From Salpingoeca rosetta (taxonomy: Eukaryota; Protista; Choanoflagellata), in contig JAWQFM010000011.1 of assembly GCA_033442325.1 (NCBI GenBank), positions 1,587,578-1,651,577 of the forward strand: a stretch of 64,000 bases of DNA, in the 5' to 3' direction. How positions within the stretch are numbered: the first letter of the stretch is position 1; every line of letters begins with the position of its first letter. The translations under genes and the position numbers were made by a program. Positions 56,276-64,000 of the stretch are shown one piece after another. The notes below the pieces were generated by a model, which was not told the DNA's origin, ran no database searches, and saw nothing but the letters and a program-made list of their open reading frames with translations.

Positions 56276-56881
56276 TCACTTGGTGATGAAGAAGTGCTCT
56301 TTGAAGTGCTTGAGCTTCTCGATGGTGTCAACGATGTCGTCCTCTGCGCGGTGGCGGTCCCGCCCTGCTGGCATGGAGTCCAGCACAGGCTTGTTCCATC
56401 GCCTGCTCAGCTCCAGGACAGAGCTGACGTCGATGATGCGGTAGTGAAGGTAGTCTGTGAAGCGAGGCATGTACTTGAGGAGGAACAGCCGATCCACGTG
56501 CACGCTGCTTCCTGCCAGCGGGCACCGCTTCTCCGGGCAGTGCTCGTGCAGCAGCTTGAGCATCTGGTCCTCCACATCCCACTCCCGCAGCTTCGACTGG
56601 CGCACGCGCTCCACAAGCCCGGACTGCGTGTGGTGTGTGGTGTTCCACTCGTCCATGCTCTCGAGGATGTGCTCTGGCTGGTGCAGCACGACGGTCCCAG
56701 ACGACGCAACCACGTTCAGGTCCGCGTCCGTGATGATCATGGCCATTTCCAGGATGCGCTCCCTCGACACGTCGAGCCCGCTCATCTCGAGATCAACCCA
56801 CACCATCCGCCGCGCCCTCTCCGCCTCCTCCCGCTGTTGCCGCTGCTTTCGCTCCCGCTGCTGCTTCTTCCGACTCGACAT
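56276..56881 (-). CDS. REXO2: Oligoribonuclease (Orn/REXO2, DEDDh), intronless
   Basis: MVWVDLEMSGLD..ILEMAMIITDADL, MDEWNTTHH..SGL, PLAGSSVHVDR.FL, YLHYRIIDVSS..EL.RRW, HRAEDDI. Confidence 0.95.
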   Translation of the reverse strand: MSSRKKQQRERKQRQQREEAERARRMVWVDLEMSGLDVSRERILEMAMIITDADLNVVASSGTVVLHQPEHILESMDEWNTTHHTQSGLVERVRQSKLREWDVEDQMLKLLHEHCPEKRCPLAGSSVHVDRLFLLKYMPRFTDYLHYRIIDVSSVLELSRRWNKPVLDSMPAGRDRHRAEDDIVDTIEKLKHFKEHFFITK

Positions 56882-57240
56882 GATGGCGGCAATCCTGCTT
56901 CCCGCGTCCGCGGCCTCTGCAACAATGCTCTGCACCCGCTCCTTTGCCCTCGCCAACACCGCACGCCACGCCACAGCGAAGGCGACGCTAACCCAAGGAC
57001 GACAGCGACAAGCGTGCGTGGCACGGTCAGTGCAACAAGCTTGTTGATCGGTCTGCAATGCGCGCCAGGCCAGTTGGTTGTTCAGTGTGCTGTGCGCCAG
57101 TGCGAGTGCAGACGATGATGTTGTTGTTGATCGCGCCGTGATATCTACAACATTTCTGTGTGTCGCGTGTCGCTCAATTTTCAGTCTCGACCGTTTTCCT
57201 CTTTGAGACACAGACCACAACAACCAACCAACCAACCAAT

Positions 57241-64000
<6,760 letters not shown>

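Noticed and set aside
56144-57118. 324-aa + strand ORF
   Set aside because: Antisense to REXO2, no recognisable domain.

Overview
Eukaryotic, gene-dense DNA with many short GT-AG introns full of (GT)n/(CA)n microsatellites. Style and gene content fit a choanoflagellate such as Salpingoeca rosetta (inference). Most ORFs in the six-frame track are microsatellite artefacts, so genes were rebuilt by joining exons by hand. Left to right: FNIP/Lst4-like (partial, -); tri-ubiquitin with heat-shock element (-); TRMT61A (-); CEP135/Bld10 (+); small orphan (-); tRNA-Cys(GCA); Ser/Pro-rich orphan (+); NUDT9-fragment/polyQ protein (+); secreted degenerate 2OG-Fe(II) oxygenase-like protein (-); CAPSL (-); ERG24-family sterol reductase followed across a short gap by a 3beta-HSD/NSDHL-like SDR (+, possibly one fused gene); tandemly duplicated unknown ~8-TM gene family with a captured, deleted SART3 fragment (-); SART3 (-); MRPS17 (+); RSL24D1 (-); compact SUZ12 (+); oligoribonuclease REXO2 (-); NEK1 (+, runs off the end). 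There are four N-gaps. Best novelty candidates: the 8-TM family, the sterol reductase/SDR pair or fusion, the NUDT9-fragment scaffold, and the secreted pseudo-oxygenase. Family assignments are from recalled motifs; no searches were run.
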